Assembly: GCA_963797715.1 (NCBI GenBank)
Contig: CAWCQS010000011.1
Coordinates: 120,802-184,801 of the forward strand
From: an uncultured Acidobacteriota bacterium
GTDB taxonomy: Bacteria; Acidobacteriota; Vicinamibacteria; Vicinamibacterales; 2-12-FULL-66-21
Direction of reading: 5' to 3'
Length of the DNA stretch: 64,000 nucleotides
Positions 20,736-33,938 of the stretch are shown here, one piece after another. Below the pieces are notes generated by a model. It worked only from the letters and a program-made list of their open reading frames with translations, did not search any database and was not told the origin of the DNA. Within the stretch, counting starts at the first letter, position 1. Each line of letters begins with the position of its first letter. The translations under genes and the position numbers were made by a program.

Positions 20736-22370
20736 ATGAATTTACGCGGGCCAGTGACCCTTCTCCTCGGAGTGTTGTGCGCCAGCATTGGCGCTGCGAC
20801 TGCGGGACAGCAGCAGCCGCCCGCCGGGCAACAACCGCCTGCCGGCTGCACGGGCTCAGCAACCGCCCGGAGGCGCGCGTGGCGGCGGCGGAGGCGGGCG
20901 CGGAAATGCGACGGCCACGCTCTTCGCGAACACCTGCGCGCCCTGTCACGGCACCGACCTCGCCGGCGGCCGCGCGCCAACTCTTTTCTCCGAACGGCTC
21001 CTGGCGTCGAACGACGACGACACCCTCGTCGCGAAGATCAGGGACGGCGTGCCGAACACCGCGATGGTGCCGTTCAAGGGCACGCTCGACGACCAGCAGA
21101 TCTGGCAGCTCGTCGCCTACATCCGCACGCAGGCGGCGAATCTGAAGGACAAGCCGGTCTTCGTCCCCGATCCGAACAATCAGATCATCAAGTCCGAGAA
21201 GCAGACGTTCCGGATCGAAGTCGTCGCGCCGGGGCTCGAGACTCCGTGGGGCCTGGCGTTCCTTCCCGACGGACGCCTGCTGGTGACGGAACGTCCCGGG
21301 CGCCTGCGCATCATCGACAAGGGCAAGCTCCTCGCGGATGCCGGTGCAGGGCACGCCGAAGGTGTGGGAACGGCAGGACGCCGGGATGCTCGACGTCGCG
21401 GTTCATCCGCAGTACGCGAAGAACGGCTGGATCTATCTCGCCTACACCGAGGTGGTGCCGGCTACGTGGCGCCGCCGCCGCGCCGCCCGCGCCGGACGCC
21501 GGACCGGCGGCGGCTGCGACGGGCGCGGCGGGGGAGGGGACGAGGTGGGCCGCCCAGCCCTCCGTCGATGACGGTCTTCGTCCGCGGCAAGATCGACAAG
21601 AACAATCACTGGGTCGAGGAGCAGCTCATTTACCGCGCGCCCTCCGAGCTGTACACGCCCAGCGGCTCGCACTACGGCACCCGGTTCCTGTTCGACAAGG
21701 ACCGGGCACGTCTTCTACAGCCTGGGCGAGCGCGGCGACATGACGAACGCGCAGGATCTGTCGAAGCCGCTCGGCAAGATCCATCGCGTCAACGACGACG
21801 GATCGATTCCCAAGGACAACCCGTTCGTGAACACGCCGAACGCGCTGCCGTCGATCTGGACGTACGGCCATCGCAACCCGCAGGGGCTGGCGTGGGATCC
21901 GGCGCGGCCTGCTGTGGGAATCCGAACACGGTCCGACCGGTGGCGACGAGATCAACATCATCGAGAAGGGCAAGAACTACGGCTGGGGCGTGATCTCGAT
22001 GGGCGTGCAGAACGGGATCACCGAGCGCAGCCACGAAGGCATGGAGCAGCCGATCGTCTACTACACGCCAACGATCGCGCCGAGCGGCATCGGGTTCTAC
22101 ACCGGCGCGAAGTATCCCGGCTGGAAGAACAACCTGTTCGTCGCCGCGCTGGCGGGACAGCAGCTGCGCCGTCTCGAAATCAGCGGACGAAAGGTGACGC
22201 ATCAGGAGGTCGTGTTCGAACAGTTCGGCCGCGTGCGCGCCGTGACGACGGGACCCGATGGTCTGCTCTATGTGCTGCTGCAGAATCCGACCGGGTCGGG
22301 CACCGGACTCGGGCTGGCGGCGTCGACGCCGGGCATGGTCATTCGACTGGTGCCGGCCGGCCAGAAATAG
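20736..22370 (+). CDS. Cytochrome c-fused PQQ-dependent sugar dehydrogenase (glucose/sorbosone type); multiple frameshifts
   Basis: CAPCH; [25 protein letters not shown]; [18 protein letters not shown]; YGHRNPQG; [12 protein letters not shown]. Confidence 0.85.
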
Positions 22371-22408
22371 CAGACGTCACGCTTCCGACGTATTCACTGA
22401 GACAGATC

Positions 22409-25105
22409 ATGAATCGTACACGCATCGTCTTCGCTCTCGCCGCCAGCTGGCGTCGTCGGTCTCGCGGCCGCGATCGCCGGCGCAGGGCACCGCCAAGGCG
22501 CCGGGCAACATCTGGCCGCCCGGCCAAGAAGCAGATGGAGAAGTCCATCGCGTTGTCTCCCGAGGAGGAGATGAAGACCTTCTCCCTGCCGCCGGGATTT
22601 CGCGTCGAGCTCGTCGCCTCGGAACCGATGATCGAGTCGCCGATCCTGATGGACTTCGACGCGGACGGCCGGCTGTGGGTGCTCGAGATGCTGACCTTCC
22701 TGCCGGACACGTCCGGGCGGGACTCGCAGCGAGCCGCTCAATCGCGTCAGCGTGCTCGAGGACACGAACGGCGACGGCAAGATGGACAAGAAGACCGTGT
22801 TCGCCGACAAGCTGGCGATGCCGCGCGCGCTGAAGGTGCTCGATCACGGCGTGCTCATCGGCGAGCCGCCGAACCTGTGGCTGATGAAGGACACCGACGG
22901 CGACCTCAAGGCCGACACCAAGGACCTGGTCGTCAACACCTACGGCAACCCGAACGGCGGCATCGAGCACAACGCCAACAGCCTGTTCTGGGCGATGGAC
23001 AACATCATGTACTCGTCCGAACACGTCTGGGACCTGCGGTGGAAGAACGGCAAGTTCGAATCGCTGCCGGCGCTGAGCCGCGGCCAGTGGCAGATGTCGC
23101 AGGACGACGCGGGCCGCATCTACCGCAACGTGAACGACTCGCCGCTGTTCGTCGACTACACGCCGTCGCGCTACTTCCTCCGCAATCCCAACGGCGCCCG
23201 GACGCGCGGCCTCTACGAGCTGCTGATCGAGCAGACGGATGCCACGGTGTATCCGGTGCGGGACAACCGCGGCGTCAATCGCGGCTATCGCGATCCGTTC
23301 TTCCGCGCCGGACGAGACGTCGATCGTCATTCAGGGCGCCAGCGGGCCGACGATCTATCGCGGCGACGCCTATCCCGAAGGAGCTGCACGGCAACGCGTT
23401 CATCCCCGACTCGCCGACCAATCTCGTGCACCGCATGGTGCGTGACCGACGATGGCTCGGGCCGGCTGACGGCGAAGAACGGCTACGCGCAAGGCGAGTT
23501 CCTCGCCTCATCGGACGAGCGCTTCCGTCCGGTGAGCCTCGTTCGACGGGCCCGACGGCAACATGTACGTCGTCGACATGTACCGCGGCGTCGTGCAGGC
23601 CGGCGGCATCTGGAGCGCCTACCTGACCGACTACATCAAGTCGCACGAGATGGAACTGCCCGTCGGCAGAGGGCCGGATCTGGCGCGTCGTGCACGGTGC
23701 CAGCCCAGGCGCAGCGCCCCGCGGCGCCGGCGCTGTCGAAGGCGACGCCGCAGCAGCTGGTGCAGACGCTGTCGAATCCGAAGGGCTGGTGGCGCGACAC
23801 GGCGCAGCGGCTGCTCGTCGAGCGCGGCGACACGACCGTCGCGCCGGCGCTGAAGACGCTCGCGGCAAGCGCGCCCGACTGGCGCACGCAGCTGCACGCG
23901 CTGTGGACGCTCGACGGGCTCGACGCGATCGAAGTGGCGTCAGGTCCAGAAGGCCCTCGCCGACGCGAACGCCGACGTGCGCGCGTCGGCGGTGCGGCTG
24001 TCGGAGCGCTGGCTCGGCCAGGATCGCGGCGCTCGAGGCGCACGGTGCTGAAGCTGCTGGACGACAAGAACTGGAACGTGCGGCGGCAGGTGGCCGCGTC
24101 GATCGGCGAGATGCCGGCGGCGGACGCGCGTCGATCCCGGCGACGACGCTGCTCACGCGCGACGGCGCGGATCCGATCATCGTCGACGCGACGATCAGCA
24201 GCTTGAAGGGGCTCGAAGCCGACGTGCTGACGCGCGGTGATGCAGGCGAAGACCGCGCGCAGCGTCGCCGACCGAGGCCGTGGCGATGCTGACGGCGGCG
24301 GTGGCCAAGAGCGGCGACGTGGCCGCCGTGCAGCGCGCGATCGACGTCATCGCCGACGCCTCGCAGCCCGGCGTGGCAGCGGCCGGCGCTGTTGCAGGGA
24401 CTCGACGCCGGGTTGCCGGCGCTTGGCGCGCCGGCGGCGGTGGACGTGGCGGGCGCGGCGGCGGTGGTGGCGGCGGTGGCCTGCCCGGGCTGAGCGCGCC
24501 GGGCGGCCGCGTCGCGGTGATGCCGGGCCGCGGCGTCTCGCTGCCGGCCGAGCCGCGGCGCTGACGAAGCTGGCGGCGGGAACGGACGCGATCGCGCTGC
24601 TGGCGAAGAACGTCTCGGCCAAGCTGGATTGGCCGGCCGGCCGGCGCCTGTCGTCACGGCGGCGCCGCTCACCGCCGAGCAGCAGAAGCGCTTCGATGCC
24701 GGCGCCGAGATCTACAAGAACATCTGCGCTGGGCTGTCACCAGGAAGATGGGCGCGGCAAGGAGAAGCTCGGCGCGCAACCTCGTGGATTCGCCGTATGT
24801 GACCGCCGCCGACGCGTCGGCGATGATCCGGATTCTGGTCGGCGGCAAGGAAGGGCCGATCGGTCTGATGCCGCCGCTCGGACCGGCGTTGACCGACGAG
24901 CAGATCGCCGCGGCGCTCACCTACGTCCGGCGCGCGTGGGGCCACACCGGGCTCGGCCGTCGATCCGCTGAACGTGATGGAAGTGCGCGGCCTGTCGAAG
25001 GGCCGGACGAAGCCGTGGACCGATGAGGAACTGAAGGCGGCCGCCGGTCGCGGCGGCCGCGGCGGTGGTGGACATGTGGCGCATGAAGTGCCGCGACTTC
25101 CATGA
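22409..25105 (+). CDS. PVC-type heme-binding membrane dehydrogenase-like protein (beta-propeller + HEAT repeats + cytochrome c); many frameshifts
   Basis: [66 protein letters not shown]-terminal C..CHQEDG and MPP; end approximate. Confidence 0.75.
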
Positions 25106-26464
25106 CTCACGATCAAGACGTGCGGTCGTCGCGGCACTGCTCTGTGCCGTCACACGCAGGCGTCGGCGCAACAACGATCCGCGCAACGTGAACCTCGACT
25201 GGAACGGCCGTCGCAAGAAGGATCAGAACCTGACATCCGTACGGCGCCAGCGTCATGTCGCCAAGGTTCGCGGACCGATCGCACGGTGGCGGATTCCGGC
25301 TCAAGGCGCCAGACGGCAAACGGTTACGAAGACGATGGCCGCATCCTGTCGCGAACGCAAAGGCACGACGCGATGCGATCGCGACGGCCGACCACTGGCA
25401 CAGCCCGATGACGATCGAGGCCATCGCTGCCGGCAAGGACATCTACTGCGAGAAGCCGGTGTCGAACACCGTGGATGCGGCGGTTCGCATGCGCGACGCG
25501 GCGCGGAAGTCGAACCGCATCATCCAGATTGGCACGCAGCAGCGCAGCTGGACGCATTTCGTCGAAGCCGCGCGGCTCTTCCATGACGACTACATCGGCA
25601 GCGTCCGCCAGATCGTGATGAGCCCGCCCGGCGGCGGTGGCGGCGGCGCGGCGCCGACACGCCACAGCTCGACGGCGGCGCAGATGCCACGTCGAACACG
25701 TCCAGCCGGGTTCAACTGGGATCTCTTCAGGGACCGGCACCGCATCGGCCGTTCCTGGCCGCTCGGCGGCAGCTGGCGAGGCTGGTACGCGTACGGCGGT
25801 GGCGGCGTCACCGACTGGGGCGTGCACCTCGTCGACGTCATGGCCTGGTTCATGAAGCTCGACGACAAGGCGCCGCTGCTGACAAGCGCATCGGCGCAGA
25901 ACGTCAATCAGGTACGTGCACCCCGAGCGACGCCGAAACCTACGCCGTGACGTGGCAGATTCGAAAACTTCGTGACGCGACCTTGTCGAACACGATCATT
26001 CCCGGGGTCGAGAAACCCTGAGGAGAATTACGGCAACTGGTTCTTCGCGCAATCGCGGCGTGATGCTCGTCAATCGGTTCGGCTACGACATCGCGCACTC
26101 GTCCTGCAAGTCGGCGGCGGACTGTTGCGGTCGTCGCGGGCGTGGCGATGAGCGCCGGGGACGCGGCGAGGGAGGAGAGCACGCCGGAGTTGCTCCGGCA
26201 CCACCGCCGCCGATCGAGCCAAGAGAGTGTGGGACCTAACTGGTCGTCGGAAGCTCGCGGCACGAGAGTTCGCCTCGCCACCAGACAACACGTCGCAACT
26301 TCCTCGATCAGCGTCAAGTCCCGGCAGAAGCCTGTCTGCGACGTCGACACTGGGTTTGCGGTGACGGTGGTCATGATTGGGGAACGTGGCGCGCCCACCT
26401 CGTCTACATGCTTCCGAAGCTGTGGCGCGCGAAGTCGGCGCAGAAGACTTCGTCGTCCAGGTAG
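25102..26464 (+). CDS. Gfo/Idh/MocA family oxidoreductase (heavily corrupted sequence; boundaries approximate)
   Basis: IATADHWH, AGKDIYCEKP, IQIGTQQRS, WRGWYAYGGGGVTDWGVH. Confidence 0.7.
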
Positions 26465-26490
26465 TTCAGCTCTCAGGAGAAGGAGCACGC

Positions 26491-27400
26491 ATGATGGCTC
26501 GAACGATTTGCGGTAGTGATGCTGGCGGCTGTTGTCAGCGCTGGTGCTGGTCGCGCAGCAACAGCCGCCCGCGGCCGTGCCCTCGGCGGCGCCGACGGTG
26601 CAGGCGGGCGACACGCGTCCCATCACATGTGTACATCCGCGCCGGCCTGAAGTCGCACGGCGAAGGCGCGCACGACTATCCGCAGTTCAGCGCCGACTGG
26701 AGCAAGCTCCTCACCGACAAAGGCGCGCTGGTCGACGGCTCGTTTCACTTTCCGACCGCGCAGGAGCTCGCCAACACCGACGTGATGGTGATGTACAAGG
26801 GGGACGCCGGCTACATGACCGCCTCGGAGCGGCAGGTCATGGAGGACTACCTCAAGAGGGGCGGCGGGCTCGATCAGCATCCACGACACGCTCTGTGGCG
26901 ACGACCCGCAGTACTACTCGACGATTGTCGGTGGGTCCAAGCTGCACGGGGAGCGGAATTTCTCGTCGGGCGCGATCAAATACACCATCGTCGACAAGGC
27001 GTCGCCGATCATGAAGGGCATGTCGGATTTCGAGATCGACGACGAGGCGTTCTTCAAGATCACGTGGGCGAAATCGCCGGAGGTCCACGTCCTGGCCACG
27101 GCGCCGATGCCGGCGGGTGGTGAAGTGGTGCCGCAGATGTGGACCTACGAGCGCACGATCTTCGGCGGCCAGCCGTTCCGGGCGTTCGTGTGGATGCAGG
27201 GACACACCTATACGAACTTCAAGAATCCGCAGGTCGAGGGGATGCTGCTCCGCGCCATCGCCTGGGCCGGCCACTATCCGGTTGATTCGCTCGTGAACGG
27301 CAGCGCGCCCGCCCGTACAGGTGGACGAGGCAGGGGCCGGCAGGGTGGCAGTGGTACCGACGCGCCCGCTGCACCCGGCGGTCGGCGCGGTGGGCAGTGA
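26491..27400 (+). CDS. ThuA-like domain protein (frameshifts)
   Basis: GLKSHGEGAHDYP, YLKRGGG, IMKGMSDFEIDDE, PQMWTYE, WMQGH, RAIAWA; AGGAG RBS. Confidence 0.75.
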
Positions 27401-27420
27401 CGCACCGAAAAGAGGTAGCC

Positions 27421-28696
<1,276 letters not shown>

Positions 28697-28720
28697 ACCT
28701 TGCGGCGGTTTCACCGGCGG

Positions 28721-29221
28721 CTATTTGCGCTGGGCGTTCACCTGAGCGACAAGTTGATCGACCAGTTCAGTGACGTGGCGGCGGATAGTGCTGTCGGCTT
28801 TTGAAAAATCCTCGCTCGGTGGGGGAACGTCGTCCCACTTGATCAAGGTGCCCTTCGGTGCTGGTAAGCGACTGAGATCGCAGCCCAGCGAGATCACGAC
28901 ATCAGCCTTCGCCATGTCGGATGGCGTTGCGAGCCGCGGTTTCTCGGTGGGAACCGGATAACCCTGCTTAGCCAGGTGAGTGGCGACCGCCGGCGCGATC
29001 GCGGGGTCAGGCTCGGTGCCAGCCGACTCGACGATGACATTGAGGCCGCGCTCCTTCGCGAGCTGGCGGAAGTACGTGGAGGCGAGGACGCTCTTGGCCG
29101 CGCCGTGCGGACACATGAAGAGCACGCGCGTGCTGTTCGGCGGCGGCGGTGCCGTCCGCTCGTTCTGCGCCTGGATTGGAAGCGACACGATAAGAAGAGC
29201 CAGGGCCGTCGTCACTCGCAT
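28721..29221 (-). CDS. Exported LMW-PTP/ArsC-fold protein with variant CX5K P-loop
   Basis: Signal peptide MRVTTALALLIVSLPIQA; VLFMCPHGAAKS, SAGTEP, ADVVISLGC, WDDVP; alternative start at 29260. Confidence 0.8.
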   Translation of the reverse strand: MRVTTALALLIVSLPIQAQNERTAPPPPNSTRVLFMCPHGAAKSVLASTYFRQLAKERGLNVIVESAGTEPDPAIAPAVATHLAKQGYPVPTEKPRLATPSDMAKADVVISLGCDLSRLPAPKGTLIKWDDVPPPSEDFSKADSTIRRHVTELVDQLVAQVNAQRK

Positions 29222-29586
29222 CGCGGTCGAACCGTCGCGTTCTCGAAACGTCGGGGTCATGCTCTTTTTCCTCGGTAACGAAGCGAGTTGATGTAACCCA
29301 CTGTACACTCTTCGGCACTCTGTGCGTGCGGCGCGGATTCTCCTCTCGGGATACGGCCGGGAACGGTCTCGAGAACAGAGCCCCTCGTGGTCTCAGATGT
29401 CGGCCTCTTGCTTCACGTGGACAACCCGCCAGGGCTAGCCGGTCGTAGGTCCGATTCACTCCGCAGAGCCTGAAACCTCATCGAAGCCTTACCGCTCCCT
29501 TACTTCTCCACAGATCGCCCGAAGCGGCCGGTCCGTCCAATCCAATCGACGGTAGAAGAATGGTTTGGATTGTGAACGAGGCATCT

Positions 29587-30406
29587 ATGGCAACTGTGGA
29601 ACATGTCAGCGGTACGGCGTTTGTTGTGGCGGAGTTCAGAGCCGAAGAAAACGCCGAAGCGACACCTCTTTATACAGATCCGATCGTTGAGCTCTTTCTG
29701 AACGACGACAGCAAGCGCGCCGCCAGGCGCGTCGCCGGCGACTTTCCCCTCGTCAAGGATCTCGTCAAGATCCGGACGAAGTACTTCGACGACACGCTCG
29801 AGAAGCACCTCCTCGCGGGCGTGCGTCAGGTCGTGATTCTCGGATCGGGCCTCGACACCCGAGCGGTTCGCAAGGCGGCTCCGGGCGTCACCTACTACGA
29901 GATCGACGATGCGGAAACGCTGGACGTCAAGCGCGCTCGCTATGGCGAATTGGGCTTCAGTCCCGATCTGAAGCTGATTCCTGGAAACTATGTCACCGAC
30001 GGGCTGATCGAGTCTGCTCGAGCGGAACCGCTTCGACTTCGACCTGCCAACTTACGTCATCTGGGAGGGCAACACGATGTATCTCCCACTCGACCGGATG
30101 AAATGGGTTCTGACCGAGCTTGCCACTCACGTGATGCGATTTCGTCTCTCGTTCGACTACATGGCGGAAGCGGTCATTTCGAAGACCACGGGCGATCCCG
30201 GCATCACCAAGCTGGTCGAGAGCTTCGCGAACATGGGTGCGCCGTGGCTGTCCGGCATCAGCGACATCGGCCGCCTTGCGTACGCGCACGGCTTCAGCCT
30301 CTTCGAGAATTTCCAGACGGCCGAGCTGTTTCGAACCTACCGTCCCGGACGCCTGATAACGTCCCCGATTTTCAACTTCTACTCCGTCTGCACCCTTGGA
30401 CAGTAG
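29587..30406 (+). CDS. SAM-dependent methyltransferase, LCM/TIGR00027-like (frameshift ~30015)
   Basis: VSGTAFVVA..RA.E, RTKYFDD, QVVILGSGLDTRA, YEID, IWEGNTMYL. Confidence 0.88.
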
Positions 30407-30434
30407 CCTTTTTCGGCGATTACGACTGATTGGA

Positions 30435-30995
30435 ATGGACAACATGAGAAGACAATCTCGGCAGCGAGCGAAGCAACTGATCGCGGCTGGAATCCTGATG
30501 ATTCTGGTGACGCTGGTGAGCGCCGGTTATGCGCAACACCAGGTCCAGGGCGAAGAGATGACGACCACCGAAAAGAACAAGGCGCTCGCGCGCCGCTGGA
30601 GCGAGGAGCTCTGGAGCCGCGGCAATCTTGCCGTGGCCGACGAGATCATTGCAGCCGACTACGTGCGCCATGATCCCGGCGATCCGTTCCCGGCGCACGG
30701 TCCAAACGACGTCAAGCGGATCGTGACGATGCTGCGCACGATGCTGCCAGACTTCCATATCGAGGTCGAAGCCATCATCGCCGAAGGCGACATCGTCGTC
30801 AGCCGCTACACGGCGACGGCGACCGATACCAACGGCTACATGGGAAAGCCGGCGACCGGGAAGACGATCCGGACAACCGCGATGCAGATGTTTCGAGTGG
30901 CGAACGGCAAGATCGTCGAGAGCTGGGCTGTTCGCGACGACCTCGGCACGCTACGACAGCTCGGACATCTGCCTACGACGACGCCGGCTCGCTGA
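30435..30995 (+). CDS. SnoaL-like ester cyclase family protein with N-terminal hydrophobic segment
   Basis: EKNKALARR, PDFHIEVEAIIAEGDIVV, GKPATGK, FRVANGKIVESW..DDLG. Confidence 0.85.
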   Translation: MDNMRRQSRQRAKQLIAAGILMILVTLVSAGYAQHQVQGEEMTTTEKNKALARRWSEELWSRGNLAVADEIIAADYVRHDPGDPFPAHGPNDVKRIVTMLRTMLPDFHIEVEAIIAEGDIVVSRYTATATDTNGYMGKPATGKTIRTTAMQMFRVANGKIVESWAVRDDLGTLRQLGHLPTTTPAR

Positions 30996-31010
30996 GGAGA
31001 GCGCACCCGC

Positions 31011-33427
31011 TCAACGCCCCGAAGGTTTCTGCAGCGCGCGCTGGAAGACCTCGCGGGCGCGCGGGTGGTCGCTGACGTGCGCCGACTTGTCGCTGAGCGC
31101 GATACCCTTCCGGATTGTCGCGAGTGGGCTGGTTGCCCCCGGGTCGCCCAGTGATTCGACGGCCTCGGCGCGGATTCGCTGGCCAGGGTGCGTCTACTGA
31201 AGCTATTCTCTGTGGGCGTTGGTCCGTTCGATCGCTTCGCTGCCGGCAGGGTCCGCGTCCTCGAGGGCCCCTGAGGGTTGCCGAGATTCTCGGTTGGGTC
31301 GGTGTCTCCAGCGTTTCATCGCCTCGCGCCGTCTTCGGCTCCGGATGGCGTGCCAGATCGGGGGGGGCCGCCGCGCGCGTCGCTCAGATCGCCGAGCGTT
31401 TCTACCGCTCGCGCTGGTCTCGACACGGTCTGCCGAGCGATCCGCAGGGCGTTAGAGCTTCGGTCTCGGATTGAGCTCCAAGTGCTTCGACCGCCTCGAG
31501 CCGTGTCGGCGTGTCCTGCTGCGAGCGCGCGAGCGCGACGAGCGCCGTTGCCGCTTCAGGCATTGCGAGATCACCCAAGGCCTCTGCGGCTTCCTGCCGA
31601 ACGCGTCCGGCTCTGTCGGTGCGGGCGGTGCGATGAGCACGTCACCGACCTTGAGATGGGGTGCCACGCGATCCCCTCCGCAGCCTCGGCACGCAGCGCG
31701 TCCGCGTCACCGCTCGCGACGCGCCGCTCGAGCCATGCCACGACCGCATCGGATGCTCGTGCAACTCACAGCGACGATGACGTCGTGCTGGATGTCCTGC
31801 GTGGAGGCTCGCCCGTAGAGGCGATCGAGATATTCGATGCTCTGACCAGCCTCCGCAGATCCGAGCCAGTAGACGGGTAATCCTTGGTGTCGATCGGCAG
31901 TGTCATGTTGCTGACGTGGACGGCGGTGAGGGCTGGTGTTCCTCGTCGCGTGTCGAACGCGAACAGGAGCTTGATCGATCGATCCGCGGCCGGCACCGAG
32001 GCGGCGGCCGGGGAACCTGAGCCCATCGCTGTCGCTGCTCACGAGGTGTCCCCGCAGCTCATGGATTCACCGAACACCACGCTCGAGCGGTCCGAATACA
32101 CGACCGCAGGCAGCGTGCGGACCGGCGAGATGCTGTAGCCAATCGAATACCGCGTCCGCCGCGCCTCCCGCGCTGCGCGCTCGGCTTCAGCCCAACGGGC
32201 GCCGAGCGGCCCGGTGACGTCGGCGGACACGACGACTGAGGATGCGGAACGTCTTGTACGCTGCTCTGTTGGACAGCAGCGCGCGGCTCCGAATGATTCG
32301 ATGCGGGAAGATTGACTTCTTCGAGCACGGGCGCTTCTCTCATGGCAAGTTCTTCTGGCGCGAACGAGGCGCTGGCACCGGCAACGGCGACGACGGTCAG
32401 TGCGATGACGCCGGCTGCGAGAAGGGGTGAGCCCGGCTGTACCTCCGTCTGCAGGAGCAGGCGGCGCGCGCGAGAAAGCAGCGAACCGCCCGTGGCGCCG
32501 AGCGCGAGCGCGCCGGCCGATGTCCTGAGGTCGTCGCTCCTCAGCTCCTCGAGGCCGAGGAGCGCGTGCACGTAGCCGGCGCGGCTGCTGCAGATCGGTG
32601 ACGGCGAGATCGTCGCAGCAGTGCTCGCGTGTCCTCGCGCACCTGGCGCGAACCCACCAGACGGCGGGATGGTAGAAGAGCAGTGTCTCGACCACCGTTT
32701 GCGCGAGGTTGACCAGCTAGTCGTGGCGGCGGACGTGCGCGAGCTCGTGCGCGACGATGGCCTCCAGCTGACTGGCGTTCATGCCGGCGACGACGGCCGC
32801 CGGCAGCACGATGACCGGCTTGAGGTGGCCGAGACGATCGGGACCGTTACGCGGAGAGAGGCGACCATTGTGACCGGTCGCGTGATGCCCAGTCGCGACG
32901 AAAGATTCGCGAGCTGCGTCAGACACGACTCGGGAACTGGCGCGATGCCGACGCGTCGAAGCACGAGCGTCCTCCACCAGCCGCCGACGAGCCTGACAGA
33001 GAGGAACAGAACGCCGACCGCCCAGATGGCAACCACCCATGGCATGGCGACCACGACAATCGCCCGGACCGCCGAAGCGCCCGGACTTGGGGTCTGCTGA
33101 GCGTTGAACGTTTTGCCGACCGTCTGCAGAGCGCTCGAGGTCGTGGCGGCCACCTCGTCCGAAGACGCACGTAGCGGGGAAGTGGCTGCCGCGTCGTCGG
33201 CCGACGGCTGTTTCGCCGATGGTTGGCTCAGCGCTCGTGATCACGGTCACGGCGGTTGCTACCGTTGCCATGAGCATCACGGTCAGAGCAGCGCACGCCA
33301 GCGCGTACCGAAGCGTGGCTTGTGCGGTGGACGTCAGCGCCAGCAGCGAAGCCAGGACGAGCGCGATCGCAGTGCCCTGCCAGACGAAGTGCACCAGCAC
33401 CCAGCCCACGCTCTCGACCATCGTCAT
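31011..33427 (-). CDS. M56 (BlaR1-like) metallopeptidase with C-terminal extracytoplasmic helical/HEAT-like repeats (heavily frameshifted)
   Basis: GWVLVHFVWQG, LRYALA, AHELAHVRRHD (HExxH), LLFYHPAVWW, REHCCDD, ALGATGGSLLSR; ends REVFQRALQKPSGR*. Confidence 0.75.
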
Positions 33428-33803
33428 GACCGGCCTCCTTCGATTTCATCCAGCAGTTCCCTGAGCTTGCGCACGTCTTCTGCAGAGGCCGGCTTGGCGG
33501 ACAACGCCTGCATGACCAGGTTCATCGCCGATCCCTCGAACACGTCATCGAGCAGATCGTTGACGAGCCGCCGCTTCACCTGGTTCTCCGCGACGGCGGC
33601 ACGGAAGACGTGCGGTCGAGTGGACTCGTCGCGCCGCACGAGGCCCTTCTCGAACATGATCTGCAGCAACTTGAGCACTGTCGTGTAGGCGACACGATCG
33701 CCGCGCTTCAGCTCCGGCTGCACCTGGTGGACCGTCGATGGACCGCGACGCCACAAGACGCTGAGGATCTCGAGCTGCTGGCGCTGGGTTTGGGTTTTGC
33801 CAC
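33424..33803 (-). CDS. blaI: BlaI/MecI/CopY family repressor (frameshift near start)
   Basis: LEILSVLWRRGPSTV, AYTTVLKLLQIMFEKGLVRRDES.RPHVF; ATGA-coupled to the M56 gene. Confidence 0.9.
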
Positions 33804-33810
33804 GACGGGG

Positions 33811-33858
33811 ATGCTATTACGAAGCGGTTCGTAATGTCAATACGAAGCGGTTCGTAAT
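33811..33858 (-). promoter_or_regulatory. blaI promoter with two tandem palindromic operators
   Basis: ATTACGAAgcggTTCGTAAT (33816-33835) and AATACGAAgcggTTCGTAAT (33839-33858) straddle TTGACA-N18-TAGCAT on the minus strand. Confidence 0.8.
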
Positions 33859-33938
33859 GACGCGGATGACCTCAGCCGCGGATGACATCCAGTCAGGGAT
33901 GACATTCAGCCACGGGCGTCGTCTACAAGGGCGCCACG

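Noticed and set aside
29280-29560. Possible IS end (TGTAACCCACTGTACA) or riboswitch upstream of the SAM methyltransferase
   Set aside because: No partner inverted repeat, transposase motif or recognisable SAM-riboswitch consensus found by eye
31011-33800. Apparent pseudogene decay of blaI-M56
   Set aside because: Operator, promoter and catalytic motifs are intact; the garbled stretch is more simply explained by poor sequence quality
33816-33858. 20-bp direct repeat as CRISPR repeat or att site
   Set aside because: Only two copies 3 bp apart, palindromic and overlapping the blaI promoter; an operator fits better
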